Assembly (NCBI GenBank): GCA_965242605.1 | Contig: CBDESS010000004.1 | Span: 96,139-160,138 of the forward strand | Length of the DNA stretch: 64,000 bases | Origin: an uncultured Candidatus Binatia bacterium | Lineage (GTDB): Bacteria > Desulfobacterota > Binatia > Bin18 | Direction of reading: 5' to 3' | Shown here: positions 30,555 through 42,768 of the stretch, piece by piece | Layout of the letters: each line of letters starts with the position of its first letter | Position numbering within the stretch: position 1 is the first letter of the stretch | Notes under the pieces: model-generated | The model's database searches: none | Seen by the model: only the letters and a program-made list of their open reading frames with translations | What the model was told of the DNA's origin: nothing | Translations under genes and position numbers: made by a program

Positions 30555-30996
30555 GTGGGTCGTCCTCAGGTCCGAGACAATTTCGGCTTTGTAGCTGCGC
30601 TGCAAGAGTATGCGGACAAGCTGAGCCAGCGGGGCCTGTTTCGGGTCACTGTTCAGGCCGACGACTCGATCTTGCCCCTGCCGTCCGCGGCCACCCTGAC
30701 CCTGTTCCGGGTGACGCAAGAAGCGCTCGATAGCCTCGACAAGCACGCCCATGCTCAACACGTTGAGATCGCCGTCGTCCAGGAACACAACGGGGTGTCG
30801 CTGCGCATCAAAGACGACGGTCAAGGTACCTACCTCGATCAGCGTTCACACGGTCAGTACAGCCTGCTCTATATGCGGCGAGCGGGTCAAAGCGTGTGGA
30901 GGCACCTTGCAGGTCTCAGGCGCGCGTGGGCACGACAAGAGGTCCGGGTCAGCGTGCCGATTGCCTGACCGCGAGCCCCCGAAGGAGTGCGTATGA
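30555..30996 (+). pseudogene. sensor histidine kinase, 3' part (HATPase_c domain; frameshifted)
   Basis: DNFGFVAALQEYADKL...TLFRVTQEALDSLDKHAHAQHVEIAVVQ...LRIKDDGQG in one frame; the G2-box-like ...GGTLQVSGARG is in a +1 frame (30751..30996). Confidence 0.65.
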
Positions 30997-32123
30997 AATT
31001 TCACCTGTTTATCTATGCGACGCTCGGCCGCCGCCACGAACTTGAAGCCGGCTTGGCCGGCAAGCGGCCGGAACTCTACCAGCGTATGCTGGACGAAGTG
31101 GCCGAGTACGTCAGCTTTGCCGACGAGGCCGGCTATGCCGGCTTCAGCCACCCCGAACACCACCTCCAGATTGAGGGCTTTGAGGCCAGCAACGAACCCG
31201 GCCTGCTGTCGATGTGGATAGGCCAACACAGCCGGCGGCTCCAGGTCAACATGATCGGCTGGGTAGCCCCGACCCACAACCCGGTCCGCACCGCGGAGTA
31301 CATCGCTACCCTGGACCATATGCTCAAAGGCCGCCTAGGCGTTGGCCTCGTCCGGGGCTACCAGGCCCGCTGGGTCCACACTTACCGGATTCGGCCCGAC
31401 CTCAACGCGGTCGGCGACTGGAACCGCAACAGCCCCGACGACGCCATAAACCGTGAGTATTTCACCGAGTTTGTCGAGATTGTACTCAAAGCCTGGCAGC
31501 ACGACACCTTCAGCTACCAGGGCAAATACTGGACCATCCCGCCCGACGACTTTATCAATCCCCACCCCCAAGCGTCGTACACCGAGTACGGCCAAGGGGT
31601 TGATGCCGACATGCGGATTCGAGAGATCGGCATCGCCCCCAAACCCTACCAGCAGCCTCACCCGCCGCTGTACGGCGGCTTCACCCACAGCCTGCGGACA
31701 GCGCTGTTCTGGGCCAAGTACGGCGGCAAGCCGATTGTGCTGGCCTCGGACCTCGATTTCTGCCAACGCCTGTGGTCGGGCTACCGCGACGAAGTCCTCA
31801 AACACGGGCGGACTATCGAGCCGGGCGAGGAGGCGGCCTGGGGCGGCATGCTAATCTGCCACAAAGACCGGGCAGTCGCCCAGGACTGGCTCGCAGACCC
31901 GCTGTGGATGTGGGACAAGTGGTTTGTGCCCTTCGGCCAGGGCCACCCCGAGCTGCTCGTCGGCGACCCGGACGCCCTGTGCCGGCGGCTGGAAGAGGCC
32001 AGCGCCAAGATCCCGATCAAAGAATGTTTTTTCCTGCTGCCGCAGGGCATTCATGACCGCGACCAGATCATGAGCTCGCTCGAACTCTTCGCCGAGAAAG
32101 TCATGCCCCGGTTTGCTGACTGA
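30993..32123 (+). CDS. LLM-class flavin-dependent oxidoreductase (luciferase-like monooxygenase)
   Basis: RBS GAAGGAG then ATG 30993; luciferase-like TIM-barrel motifs; 376 aa. Confidence 0.8.
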   Translation: MKFHLFIYATLGRRHELEAGLAGKRPELYQRMLDEVAEYVSFADEAGYAGFSHPEHHLQIEGFEASNEPGLLSMWIGQHSRRLQVNMIGWVAPTHNPVRTAEYIATLDHMLKGRLGVGLVRGYQARWVHTYRIRPDLNAVGDWNRNSPDDAINREYFTEFVEIVLKAWQHDTFSYQGKYWTIPPDDFINPHPQASYTEYGQGVDADMRIREIGIAPKPYQQPHPPLYGGFTHSLRTALFWAKYGGKPIVLASDLDFCQRLWSGYRDEVLKHGRTIEPGEEAAWGGMLICHKDRAVAQDWLADPLWMWDKWFVPFGQGHPELLVGDPDALCRRLEEASAKIPIKECFFLLPQGIHDRDQIMSSLELFAEKVMPRFAD

Positions 32124-32146
32124 GCCGGCCGCCTGCCGGCCTCGGC

Positions 32147-35100
32147 TCAGCTCGCCCAGCCGGCAGACAACACCTCGGCCTGCTCCAGCACGGTCCGGGT
32201 TGCCCGCTCCTGCTTGTCGGGTGAGTAGCCGTGCTTGCGCAGGGTGCGTTTGACCAGCCGGCGCAGATTCTCCCGCACATGCTCGCGCAGCGTCCAGTCG
32301 ATTGTTACGGCGTTGCGTACAGTTTCCACCAACTCACGCGCGATGCTACGCAGGGTCTCATCGCCCAGTACCCGCACCGCGCTGTCGTTGGTCTCCAGCG
32401 CGCCGTAAAAAGCCAACTCGTCGTCCGACAGCCCCAGCGCCTCGCCCCGGGTACACGCCTCCCGCCGCTCACGCGCGAGCTGGATCAACTCCTCAATCAC
32501 CTGCGCGGCCTCAATCACCCGGTTCTGATAGGCAGCGTGTCTTCCAGCATTGCGGCGAACGACCGTGCCTGGACGACGTTTTTGCTGCGACGGGTCGCCA
32601 GCTCGCTCTTGAGCAGCTTGTGCAACAGTTCAACCGCCAAGTTGCGCCGCGGCATATCCCGTACCTCGGCCAGGAACTCGTCTGACAGGCCCGAAATATC
32701 GGGCTTGTCCAGGCCGGCCGCGGCAAAGATGTCGATCACCCCCTCGGACGCCACCGCGTGCGAGATAATCTGGCGCACGGCGTGGTCCAGCCCCTCATGA
32801 TCCAGCTCCTCTTGGGACCGCCCGTCGGCCGGCGCGCGTTTGGCCAGTACCGACCCGACGGCCTGAAAGAAGGCGACATCGTCGCGGATGCGCAGCGCGT
32901 CTTCGTGCGGCACAGCCAGGGCGAAGGCTTGGGACAGTTCACGGACCGCCCCCACGCAGCGCTCCTTGCCCTTGTCCTGGGCCAGGATGTGTTCCTGGGC
33001 GGCCGGCAGCAGACCTAGCCGCTCTGCGGGCGGGCCGGTGGTCCAGCCGGAGCGGGCCAGGCCGTGGAACAGGCCGCAGCAGACTTCGTACTTCTCCTGC
33101 ATGGCCGCTACGGCCTCGTTCTGGTTGAGCGCAGTCTGTCCCGTGCCGCCGCTCTCGGTGTAGGTGGCCAGCGCGCGCTTGAGTTCAGGGGCGAGGTCCA
33201 GGTCATTGACGACGAGGCCACCCGGTTTGTCCTTGAACACCCGGTTGGCCCGGGCAATCGCCTGCATCAGCGCGTGGCCGCGCATCGGCTTGGCGAGGTA
33301 CATGGTGTGCAGGCTCGGCGCGTCAAAGCCGGTCAGCCACATGTCGCGCACCAGCACCATGCGGAGCGGGTCGTCGGCGTCGCGGAAGCGGCTGGCCAGG
33401 GTCTCGCGCCGGGCTTTGGTGCGGATATGCGGCTGCCAGTCGGGCGGGTCGGACGCCGCCCCGGTCATCACTACCTTGAGCCTGCCCTTGGCGTCGTCTT
33501 CGTCATGCCAATCGGGACGCAGGGCCACCAGCCGGCGATAGAGGTTGATGCAGACGCGCCGGCTCATGCCCACCACCATTGCCTTGCCCTCCAGCGCTTC
33601 AAGCCGGACCTCAAAATGGCTGATAATGTCCTGGGCAATGAGGGCTAGGCGCGTGTCAGCCCCGACGACCGCTTCGAGCTGCGCCCATCTGGTTTTGAGT
33701 TTTTCCTTGACCACGCTCTCCTGGCCCTCGGTCACTTCTTCAAAGGCAGGGTCGATTCTGGGCCGTTGGCTCTCGTTCAGATTGAGCTTGGCCAGCCGGC
33801 TCTCGTAATAGATCGGGACGGTGGCCCGGTCCTCAACCGCGCGCTGGATGTCGTAGACGCTGATGTAGTCGCCAAATACCGCCCGCGTGTTGGCGTCCCG
33901 GCATTCTATCGGCGTGCCGGTAAAGCCGATAAACGAGGCCCGGGGCAGAGTCTCGCGCATATGGCGCGCATAGTCGTCGATAAAGTCGTACTGGCTGCGG
34001 TGCGCCTCGTCGGCAATAACCACGATATTGCGCCGCTCCGACAGCAGGGGGTGGCGGTCGCCCTTCTCTTGGGGAAAGAACTTCTGAATTGTGCTGAACA
34101 CCACCCCGCCCGATGCTGTCGCCAGCCGGTCCCGCAGGTCGGCCCGGCTCTCGGCCTGGACCGGCGGCTGGCGCAGCAGCTCCCGGCAGCGGGCAAAGGT
34201 GGCGAAGAGCCGATCGTCAAGATCGTTGCGGTCGGTCAGCACCCAGCAGCGTCGGGTTGTGCATGGCCGGCTCACGGATGACCCGCCCGGCATAGAACGC
34301 CATGGTCAGGCTTTTGCCGGCACCCTGGGTATGCCACACTACGCCGATACGCCGGTCGCCCGTTCTCCCGCCGGGCCGGCGGCCAGACGTATAGCCCCGG
34401 CTGCCCTCGCTGACCGCCTCTCCCTGCATTTCGGCCGCCCGCAGGGTTTCGGCAAGCGCTGTCTCGACCGCGTGAAACTGGTGGTAGCCGGCCATTTTCT
34501 TGACCAGCCGGCCGCTGCCGTCGTCCTCAAAGACGATGAAGTCGCGCACTAGACTGAGGAAGCGCTTAGGCGTGCAGACGCCGGCCAGCAGGACGTGCAG
34601 TTCGGGCAGGTGCGGGTCGGCCAGGGTTTCGCCCGGGATTGTGCGTCAGGGCTTGAACCACTCCCGCCCCGCGGTCAGGGTGCCAATACGCGCTGTCAGA
34701 CCGTCAGACGCGATCAGCACCGCGTTCAGGCTGAACAGCCCTGGCAGTTCGGCTTTATAGGTCTGCAACTGCTGCCAAGCCGTCCAGGATGGTAGCATCC
34801 TTGTCGGTCGGATTCTTGAGTTCGATGAGGCCGAGCGGCAGGCCGTTGGCGAACAGCACCAAGTCGGGCCGGCGCTCGTGCTTGTTCTCGACCGCGGTGA
34901 ACTGGTTGACCGACAGCCAGTCGTTATTCGCTGGCTCGTCATAATCAAGCACCCGGGCCGGCGCGCCCCGGATATCGCCGTCAGCGGCCCGGTACTCGAC
35001 CGCCGCTCCGTCCACCAGCATACGGTGGAAGGGACGGTTGCGGGTTTCCAGCGTTGGTCCTTGCGGGCGGGTCAGCGTGCGGTAGGCGTCGTCCAGCACC

Positions 35101-35302
35101 TCGGCAGGCAGCTCCGGGTTGAGACGGGTCAGGGCATCGCGCAGACGCCTTTCCAGCACGACTTGGCCATAGTCCACGCGCTCTGCGGCCGGCGTATCGG
35201 CGCAATGTCCGGCCCATGGGCTACGCCCCAGCCCTGGCCGGCCAGCCAGTCAAGGGCGGCGGCTTCAACGGTGGATTCGGTCACTCTGGGCATGGATGAC
35301 AT
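32147..35302 (-). pseudogene. hsdR: Type I restriction enzyme R subunit HsdR, multiply frameshifted
   Basis: N-term [20 protein letters not shown]... (ATG 35302); helicase motifs ...[29 protein letters not shown]; DUF3387 C-terminus 32147..32518. Spread over at least 5 ORF fragments in different frames (35177-34755, 34549-34217, 34293-32515, 32518-32147); 1-bp deletion visible at 32518. Confidence 0.8.
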
Positions 35303-35351
35303 GATGGGGTGAGCGGGGCGAAGGCGGCAGCTTCAACATCGGTGCAGACGC

Positions 35352-36779
<1,428 letters not shown>

Positions 36780-36783
<4 letters not shown>

Positions 36784-37232
36784 ACGGCGCTCTCAGATGT
36801 TCTGTTGGCCACCACCGTCCAGGTGCTGGTCACCAGCCCGACCAGCTCGTCTTTGGCGGTGGTGATGCGGGCTTCCACAAAGGCCACGCGCCGGCCCTTG
36901 CGCAGTACCTTGCCCTGGCCGCGCAGCAGACCCTTGGCCACCGGCTTGAGAAAGCTGATCTTGAGTTCGGCGGTGGTAGCCAGCTCGCCGGTGTCAAGCA
37001 CCGAGCCGATTGCGCTGGCCATGAGTTCGTCGCCAAACACGGCCAAATAGCCGCCCGAGACAGAGCCAAAGGGGTTGAGCACCCGCTCTTGACTGGCCTC
37101 CCACTCCCAGACCGATTCGCCGGGACGAAAGGCTACGGCCCGCAGGCCGAGTTCTCTGTGCAAGGTCGAGAGGTAGTCCTCAGGCCGATTTTCACGCAGC
37201 GCTTGGTTGAGTTTTTCAACAGGAGACAGCAT
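36780..37232 (-). CDS. PaaI/hotdog-fold thioesterase
   Basis: 150 aa; hotdog-fold PaaI-like core (GGYLAVFGDELMASA...AELKISFLKPV...); first gene of the operon containing hsdM/hsdR. Confidence 0.7.
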
Positions 37233-37398
37233 AGTAAGCCCTCACGTTGTGGGTTGACCGGTGGGGATAGCATAGCCGGGGCGCTGGATGGCATCCAGAG
37301 ATTATTGATCTGAATACCGGGATGTTACCCGCCGGGCAAGGCGCACAGGGGGTCAAGTTGGAGCGGGGTGTCATTAAAACGGCCGAAGAGAAACGCTG

Positions 37399-38574
37399 AT
37401 GCTCAAAGACATTCTGGCAGACCGGTTGGCCGATCTTCGGCAGCGCGGGCTGTACCGTCGGCTGCGCCTTGTTGAGGGTGCCCAGGCCGGCCGGGTCAGG
37501 CTGGGCGGGCGTGAGGTCCTGATGCTGTCGTCCAACAACTACCTGGGTTTGGCCAACCATCCGGCTCTCACCCACGCGGCCCAAGACGCCCTTGAACGCT
37601 TTGGCTGCGGAGCCGGCGCGTCGCGGCTGATCTCCGGCAGCATGGAACTCCACCACGAACTGGAAGACCGCTTGGCGCGGTTCAAACACACCGAAGCGGC
37701 GCTGGCCTTTCCGACCGGCTATCAGGCCAATGTCGGCACCCTGTCGGCCCTGATGGGGCCCGGCGATACGATTCTGAGCGATGCCCTGAACCACGCCAGC
37801 ATTATTGATGGCTGTCGGCTGTCGCGCGCCCCAACGCTGGTCTTTCGTCACAAGGATATGGACCATTTGGCCGAGTTGCTGGCCTCATGTTCAGCCGCCG
37901 GCCGGCGGCTGATTGTCACCGATTCGGTGTTCAGTATGGACGGCGATATCGCCCCCTTGGTCGAGATGAGCCGGCTGGCCCGCGGCTACGACGCCTGGCT
38001 GATGGTCGATGAGGCCCACGCCACCGGCGTCTTTGGGCCGCATGGGGCCGGCGTGGTTGAGGAGCTGGGCCTCAGCTCGGCAGTCGAGGTCCAGATGGGC
38101 ACGCTGGGCAAGGCGCTGGGCGGTTTTGGGGCGTATGTGGCGGGCAGCCGTCACCTGATTGACTGGCTGGTGAACCGGGCCCGGAGTTTTGTGTACACGA
38201 CCGCGCTTCCCCCGTCGGTGGCGGCCACGGCCATTGCCGCCTTGGACATCGTTGCTCAGGAACCGGAGCGGCGGTGCCGGCTGTGGGACAACGCCGCTTT
38301 TCTGGCCGACCAACTCAGCACTCTGGGCTATAGGCTGGGCAACAGCCGCTCGCCGATCCTGCCGCTGGTTATCGGGGATGCCGACCAGACCATGACCCTG
38401 GCCGCAGCCCTGCTGGAACGGGGGATTTTTGCCCAGGGCATCCGCCCCCCAACCGTGCCGGCCGGGACCTCGCGGCTCCGGGTCACCCCGATGGCGACCC
38501 ATACCAGGGCGGACATGCGGCAGGCCGCCCTAGCCTTTGCCGCGGCCGGAAAGGAAGTCGGGGTGCTGCCGTGA
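37399..38574 (+). CDS. bioF: 8-amino-7-oxononanoate synthase
   Basis: Class-II aminotransferase (alpha-oxoamine synthase) motifs, SMDGD PLP-lysine region; first of a bio operon. Confidence 0.9.
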   Translation: MLKDILADRLADLRQRGLYRRLRLVEGAQAGRVRLGGREVLMLSSNNYLGLANHPALTHAAQDALERFGCGAGASRLISGSMELHHELEDRLARFKHTEAALAFPTGYQANVGTLSALMGPGDTILSDALNHASIIDGCRLSRAPTLVFRHKDMDHLAELLASCSAAGRRLIVTDSVFSMDGDIAPLVEMSRLARGYDAWLMVDEAHATGVFGPHGAGVVEELGLSSAVEVQMGTLGKALGGFGAYVAGSRHLIDWLVNRARSFVYTTALPPSVAATAIAALDIVAQEPERRCRLWDNAAFLADQLSTLGYRLGNSRSPILPLVIGDADQTMTLAAALLERGIFAQGIRPPTVPAGTSRLRVTPMATHTRADMRQAALAFAAAGKEVGVLP

Positions 38575-39938
38575 AAACACCGACCTACGCCGACCTGAAA
38601 GCCTGGGATCACGCCTATGTGTGGCACCCGTTTACCCAGATGCAGGACTGGCTGGACGAGGACCCGCTTGTCATCGCGCGGGGCGAGGGCAACTATCTGC
38701 TTGATGTCCAGGGCAGGCGGTATCTGGACGGCGTGTCCTCGCTATGGTGCAATATGCATGGCCATACCCGGCCCGAGCTGAACGCAGCGATTGCCGAACA
38801 GCTCGATCAAATCGCCCACTCGACCATGCTCGGCCTGTCGAATGTCCCGGCGACCGTGTTGGCCAAACGGCTGGTCGATATCACACCGGCCAGCCTGAGC
38901 CGGGTGTTTTATTCGGATGCCGGGGCCACCGCGGTAGAGATTGCCCTCAAGCTCGCCTTCCAGTACTGGCAGTTGAAGGGCCAACCGCAAAAAACGAAGT
39001 TTGCCTCGCTCGTTGAGTCCTATCACGGCGATACGCTAGGGGCGATCGGGGTCGGCTACTCAGAGCTGTTTCACCACTACTACCGCCCGCTGCTCCCCGA
39101 TACCTTGCGCCTCTCGCCACCCCATGTGTTCCGTTTTTATCGCGGTCTGTCCGAGGCCGATGCCCTGGCCGCGGCCGCAGACGAGGCTGAACGGACGCTG
39201 GCCGCCCATCACCCCGAGCTCGCCGCCCTGATCGTTGAGCCGCTGATGCAGGGCGCGGTCGGCATGTGGGCCCACCCGGTCGCCTATCTCCAAACCCTGC
39301 GCGAGTTGGCCACCCGCTACGAGGTGCTGTTTATCTGCGACGAGGTGGCGACTGGCTTTGGCCGCACCGGCAGGATGTTCGCCTGTGAGCACGCTGATAT
39401 TCAGCCCGACCTGATGTGCGTGGCCAAGGGCATCAGCGGCGGCTATCTGCCCCTGGCCGCAACGCTCAGCTCAGAGGAAATCTTTTCGGCCTTTCTCGCC
39501 CCCTACCACGAGTTCAAAACCTTTTTTCACGGCCATACCTATACCGGCAATCCGCTCGCCTGTGCGGCCGGCTTGGCCAACCTGGATATCTTCGAGCACG
39601 ACCGGGTGTTAGACACCCTCGCCCCGCGCATCACCCAGCTCAGCCAGCGCCTCCAGACCGGGTTTGCCGGCCTGGAGCATGTGGCCGATATCCGCCAGTG
39701 GGGCACGATGGTCGGGGTCGAGCTGATGCGCGACCCGCAGCGACGCATCGCCTACGAGCCACACGAAAAAATCGGGCTCAGGGTCATGAGCGAGGCCCGC
39801 AGACACGGGGTGATTATCCGCCCGCTGGGCTGCGTGATTATCCTCATGCCGCCGCTGAGCATTACGCAGGACGAACTCACCCGGCTGCTGGACGTGACCT
39901 CTGAGGCCATACGGACTGTGACCGGTCAGACACGCTGA
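38571..39938 (+). CDS. bioA: adenosylmethionine-8-amino-7-oxononanoate aminotransferase
   Basis: GTGA overlap with bioF; class-III aminotransferase; ...WHPFTQM...YLDGVSSLWCNMHGH. Confidence 0.9.
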   Translation: MKTPTYADLKAWDHAYVWHPFTQMQDWLDEDPLVIARGEGNYLLDVQGRRYLDGVSSLWCNMHGHTRPELNAAIAEQLDQIAHSTMLGLSNVPATVLAKRLVDITPASLSRVFYSDAGATAVEIALKLAFQYWQLKGQPQKTKFASLVESYHGDTLGAIGVGYSELFHHYYRPLLPDTLRLSPPHVFRFYRGLSEADALAAAADEAERTLAAHHPELAALIVEPLMQGAVGMWAHPVAYLQTLRELATRYEVLFICDEVATGFGRTGRMFACEHADIQPDLMCVAKGISGGYLPLAATLSSEEIFSAFLAPYHEFKTFFHGHTYTGNPLACAAGLANLDIFEHDRVLDTLAPRITQLSQRLQTGFAGLEHVADIRQWGTMVGVELMRDPQRRIAYEPHEKIGLRVMSEARRHGVIIRPLGCVIILMPPLSITQDELTRLLDVTSEAIRTVTGQTR

Positions 39939-39955
39939 TTCATGGACGACAGACA

Positions 39956-40678
39956 ATGGAGAGTCGAGACGCGACAGGCGTGTTGATTACCGGCACCGAT
40001 ACAGGGATCGGCAAAACCGTGGTCGGCTGTGGCCTGGCCGCGGCCTTGACCACCCGGGGCAAACGGGTCGGCGTGCTGAAGCCGGCCGAGACCGGCTGTG
40101 CCCAACGCCAGGGCAGGCTCTACCCCCAGGACGCCGCCCGGCTGGCGGCCTTTGCCCGCTCCTCGCTGCCGCTTGAGGACATCTGCCCCTACCGTTTTGC
40201 GCCACCGCTGGCCCCGAGTGTGGCCGCTGCAATGGCCGGCCGGCGGATTGACCGCGGCCGTATTGCCGAACATTTTCGGTGCCAGGCGGCCAGCCATGAC
40301 GTGGTGATTGTCGAGGGCGCGGGCGGCCTGCTGGTGCCCCTGAACGGCCGCTATTCGTTTGCCGACTTGGCGGCCGAGCTGCGGCTTGCGGTCGTGGTTG
40401 TGGTCGGCTCAAAACTGGGTGCCCTGAACCACGCCCTGCTGACCTTTGAGTGCGCCCAGGCGCGCTCGCTGCCCCTGCTGGGCTATATCCTCAACCATCC
40501 CAGCCCCGATCCAGACCCAGCCGTTCAGACCAATGCCCGGACTCTGGCCGGGCTGACCGATGTGCCGTGTCTGGGCCGGCTGCCGTTTGTGTCGCTGAGC
40601 GGCGATGTCGCCGCGGACAGCGCGGTGCTCAGCCGCCAGTTCAACACCGCGATTGATGTGCAGCGGCTGTTGGGATAG
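39956..40678 (+). CDS. bioD: dethiobiotin synthase
   Basis: P-loop GTDTGIGKT, about 240 aa, between bioA and bioB. Confidence 0.85.
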   Translation: MESRDATGVLITGTDTGIGKTVVGCGLAAALTTRGKRVGVLKPAETGCAQRQGRLYPQDAARLAAFARSSLPLEDICPYRFAPPLAPSVAAAMAGRRIDRGRIAEHFRCQAASHDVVIVEGAGGLLVPLNGRYSFADLAAELRLAVVVVVGSKLGALNHALLTFECAQARSLPLLGYILNHPSPDPDPAVQTNARTLAGLTDVPCLGRLPFVSLSGDVAADSAVLSRQFNTAIDVQRLLG

Positions 40679-40705
40679 AGCAATGCGCGTGGAAGGAGTA
40701 TACCG

Positions 40706-41749
40706 ATGACCGATTTTTCCGCCTTGGCCCGTACCTCGCTGGGGGGTGAAGCGCTGTCCCGTGCCGACGCCCTTGGTGTGCTCCAAACCGCCGACACCAG
40801 CCTGCGGCCACTGCTTGACGCGGCCTTCAGCGTCCGCCAGCGGAGATTTGGGCGTAAGGTCAAGGTGTGTGTCTTACAAAATGCCCAGAGCGGCCTGTGC
40901 CCGGAAGACTGCCACTACTGCTCCCAGTCAAAAATTTCGACCGCGGCTATTCAAAAATATCGCCTGCTACCCCACGAGCGGCTGTTGGCCGGGGCGCGCA
41001 AAGCGGTCGCCGCCGGTGCCCGGCGCTACTGCATGGTGGCCAGCGGTCGCGGTCCCCAGGCGCGCGATATCGCCCATATGAGCCGGGCCGCACGCGCGAT
41101 TAAAACCGAGTTTCCCCAGCTCGAGCTCTGCGTCTCGCTCGGCCTGATGGACCGCACTCAGGCTGCCGAGTTGAAAGAGGCGGGGGTCGGCTGGGTGAAC
41201 CATAACCTGAATACCAGCCGGCGCTTTTATCCCCACATCTGCACCACCCACACCTACGACGATCGGGTCGAGACGGTCAAAAACGTGAAGTGGGCCGGCC
41301 TGTCGAGCTGCTCTGGGGGGATTATCGGCATGGGCGAGAGTGATGAGGATATTGTTGACCTAGCGTATGCCACCCGCGAGCTGGGCATTGACTCGATTCC
41401 GGTCAATTTCCTGTATCCGATTGCCGGCATACCGCTCGGTGAAGGGCGCGCTGTCGATCCGATCAAGGGTCTGAAAACCCTGTGTCTGATGCGCTTTCTG
41501 AACCCCCACAGCGAGATTCGGATGGCCGCCGGCCGTGAGCTCTATCTGGGCGACTGGGCTGGGCTAGCGCTGTATCCAGCCAACTCGCTCTTTGTTGAGG
41601 GTTATTTGACCACGCCGGGCCAGCAGGCCGAGGCGGCCCGCAGACTGATTGAACGGGCCGGCTTTGAGGTGGACGAGCCGGCGCGGGTCGCTGCTGAGGC
41701 GTCACAGCGCCGCGACAGGCCAGCGTCCCACAGACAAGGACTCCGATGA
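40706..41749 (+). CDS. bioB: biotin synthase
   Basis: Radical-SAM CPEDCHYCSQS motif; 347 aa. Confidence 0.9.
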   Translation: MTDFSALARTSLGGEALSRADALGVLQTADTSLRPLLDAAFSVRQRRFGRKVKVCVLQNAQSGLCPEDCHYCSQSKISTAAIQKYRLLPHERLLAGARKAVAAGARRYCMVASGRGPQARDIAHMSRAARAIKTEFPQLELCVSLGLMDRTQAAELKEAGVGWVNHNLNTSRRFYPHICTTHTYDDRVETVKNVKWAGLSSCSGGIIGMGESDEDIVDLAYATRELGIDSIPVNFLYPIAGIPLGEGRAVDPIKGLKTLCLMRFLNPHSEIRMAAGRELYLGDWAGLALYPANSLFVEGYLTTPGQQAEAARRLIERAGFEVDEPARVAAEASQRRDRPASHRQGLR

Positions 41750-42768
41750 AGCGCTTCCTCTCAGCCCTTCCGCTCTCTCTCCTGTATGTGTCGGTCTGCA
41801 CTGCCCAGCCCACCACCAAGCCGATTCGCTTTGGCCTCCAGGTCGCTCAGCAGCAGACCACCGTCCAGGAGCTCAAACAGGTCTGGCAGGAGGCCGAGGC
41901 GCTCGGCTTTGACAGCCTGTGGACCAACGACCACCTGCTGCCCAGTGTAGGCCCCCCGGACAAAGTCAACCTCGAGGCCTGGACCCTGCTGGCGGCAATG
42001 GCAACCGTCACCTCCCGGGTCCAGCTCGGCACCCTGGTATCGAGCAATACATTTCGGCATCCCTCGGTCCTGGCCAAGATGGCGACCACGGTTGACCACC
42101 TGAGCAACGGGCGGCTCATTCTGGGGCTCGGCTTTGGCTGGTTTGAGCGGGAACACCGGGCTTTTGGCGTGCCCTTCCCCAAGATGAAAGAACGCAGCGA
42201 TCGGCTGGCCGAAGCCCTGCAACTCATCATCGCACTGTGGGGGGCCAATCCAACCGCGTCTTTCAGCGGCACATATTACAGCCTGCTCAATGTTCCGTTC
42301 GAGCCCAAGCCGGTCCAGCAGCCCCACCCTCCGATTCTGATCGGCGGCATTGGCGAAAAACGCACCCTGCCGCTAATAGCCAAATACGCCAGCATGTGGA
42401 ACATTCCAATGCTGACCCCAGACCAGATCCGGGCAAAAAACCAGGTCTTAGAACGGCTGTGCCAAGAGATACAACGGGATTGCGACGAGATTGAGCGCTC
42501 AATCCTCACCCCGGTCTATATCCGAACCGACCCGGCCGAGGTCCAAAGCCTGCTCGAACGTATTGCCGGTCTAAGAAACATTCCCGTTGAACAGGCCCGC
42601 AAGATGATACTAGCCGGCACGCCAGAGGAAATCCGTGGCCAGCTCAAGGCGTATATTGAGGTGGGCGTAAGCCATTTTATTATCAATCTGCGCCGTCCGG
42701 GTCTGTACGACAGGGATGGGGTGCGGACGTTTGCCACAGAAGTCATACCTCACCTGAAAAAGAACTAG
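41746..42768 (+). CDS. LLM-class F420-dependent oxidoreductase (luciferase-like)
   Basis: ATGA overlap with bioB; ...FGLQVAQQQTTVQELKQVWQEAEALGFDSLWTNDHL... resembles F420-dependent LLM subfamily. Confidence 0.7.
   Translation: MKRFLSALPLSLLYVSVCTAQPTTKPIRFGLQVAQQQTTVQELKQVWQEAEALGFDSLWTNDHLLPSVGPPDKVNLEAWTLLAAMATVTSRVQLGTLVSSNTFRHPSVLAKMATTVDHLSNGRLILGLGFGWFEREHRAFGVPFPKMKERSDRLAEALQLIIALWGANPTASFSGTYYSLLNVPFEPKPVQQPHPPILIGGIGEKRTLPLIAKYASMWNIPMLTPDQIRAKNQVLERLCQEIQRDCDEIERSILTPVYIRTDPAEVQSLLERIAGLRNIPVEQARKMILAGTPEEIRGQLKAYIEVGVSHFIINLRRPGLYDRDGVRTFATEVIPHLKKN

Larger units (their letters stand above)
28320..30581. mobile_element. 2.26-kb AT-rich insertion flanked by a 6-bp direct repeat (gacaat), splitting the histidine kinase gene; no recognisable transposase
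   Basis: GC drops sharply between about 28340 and 30540. The left kinase reading ends ...LDN at 28319 and resumes DNFGFVAALQEY at 30576, which rebuilds the contiguous LRPxxLDxxGxVAAL motif. 'gacaat' occurs at 28314-28319 and 30576-30581. Confidence 0.6.
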
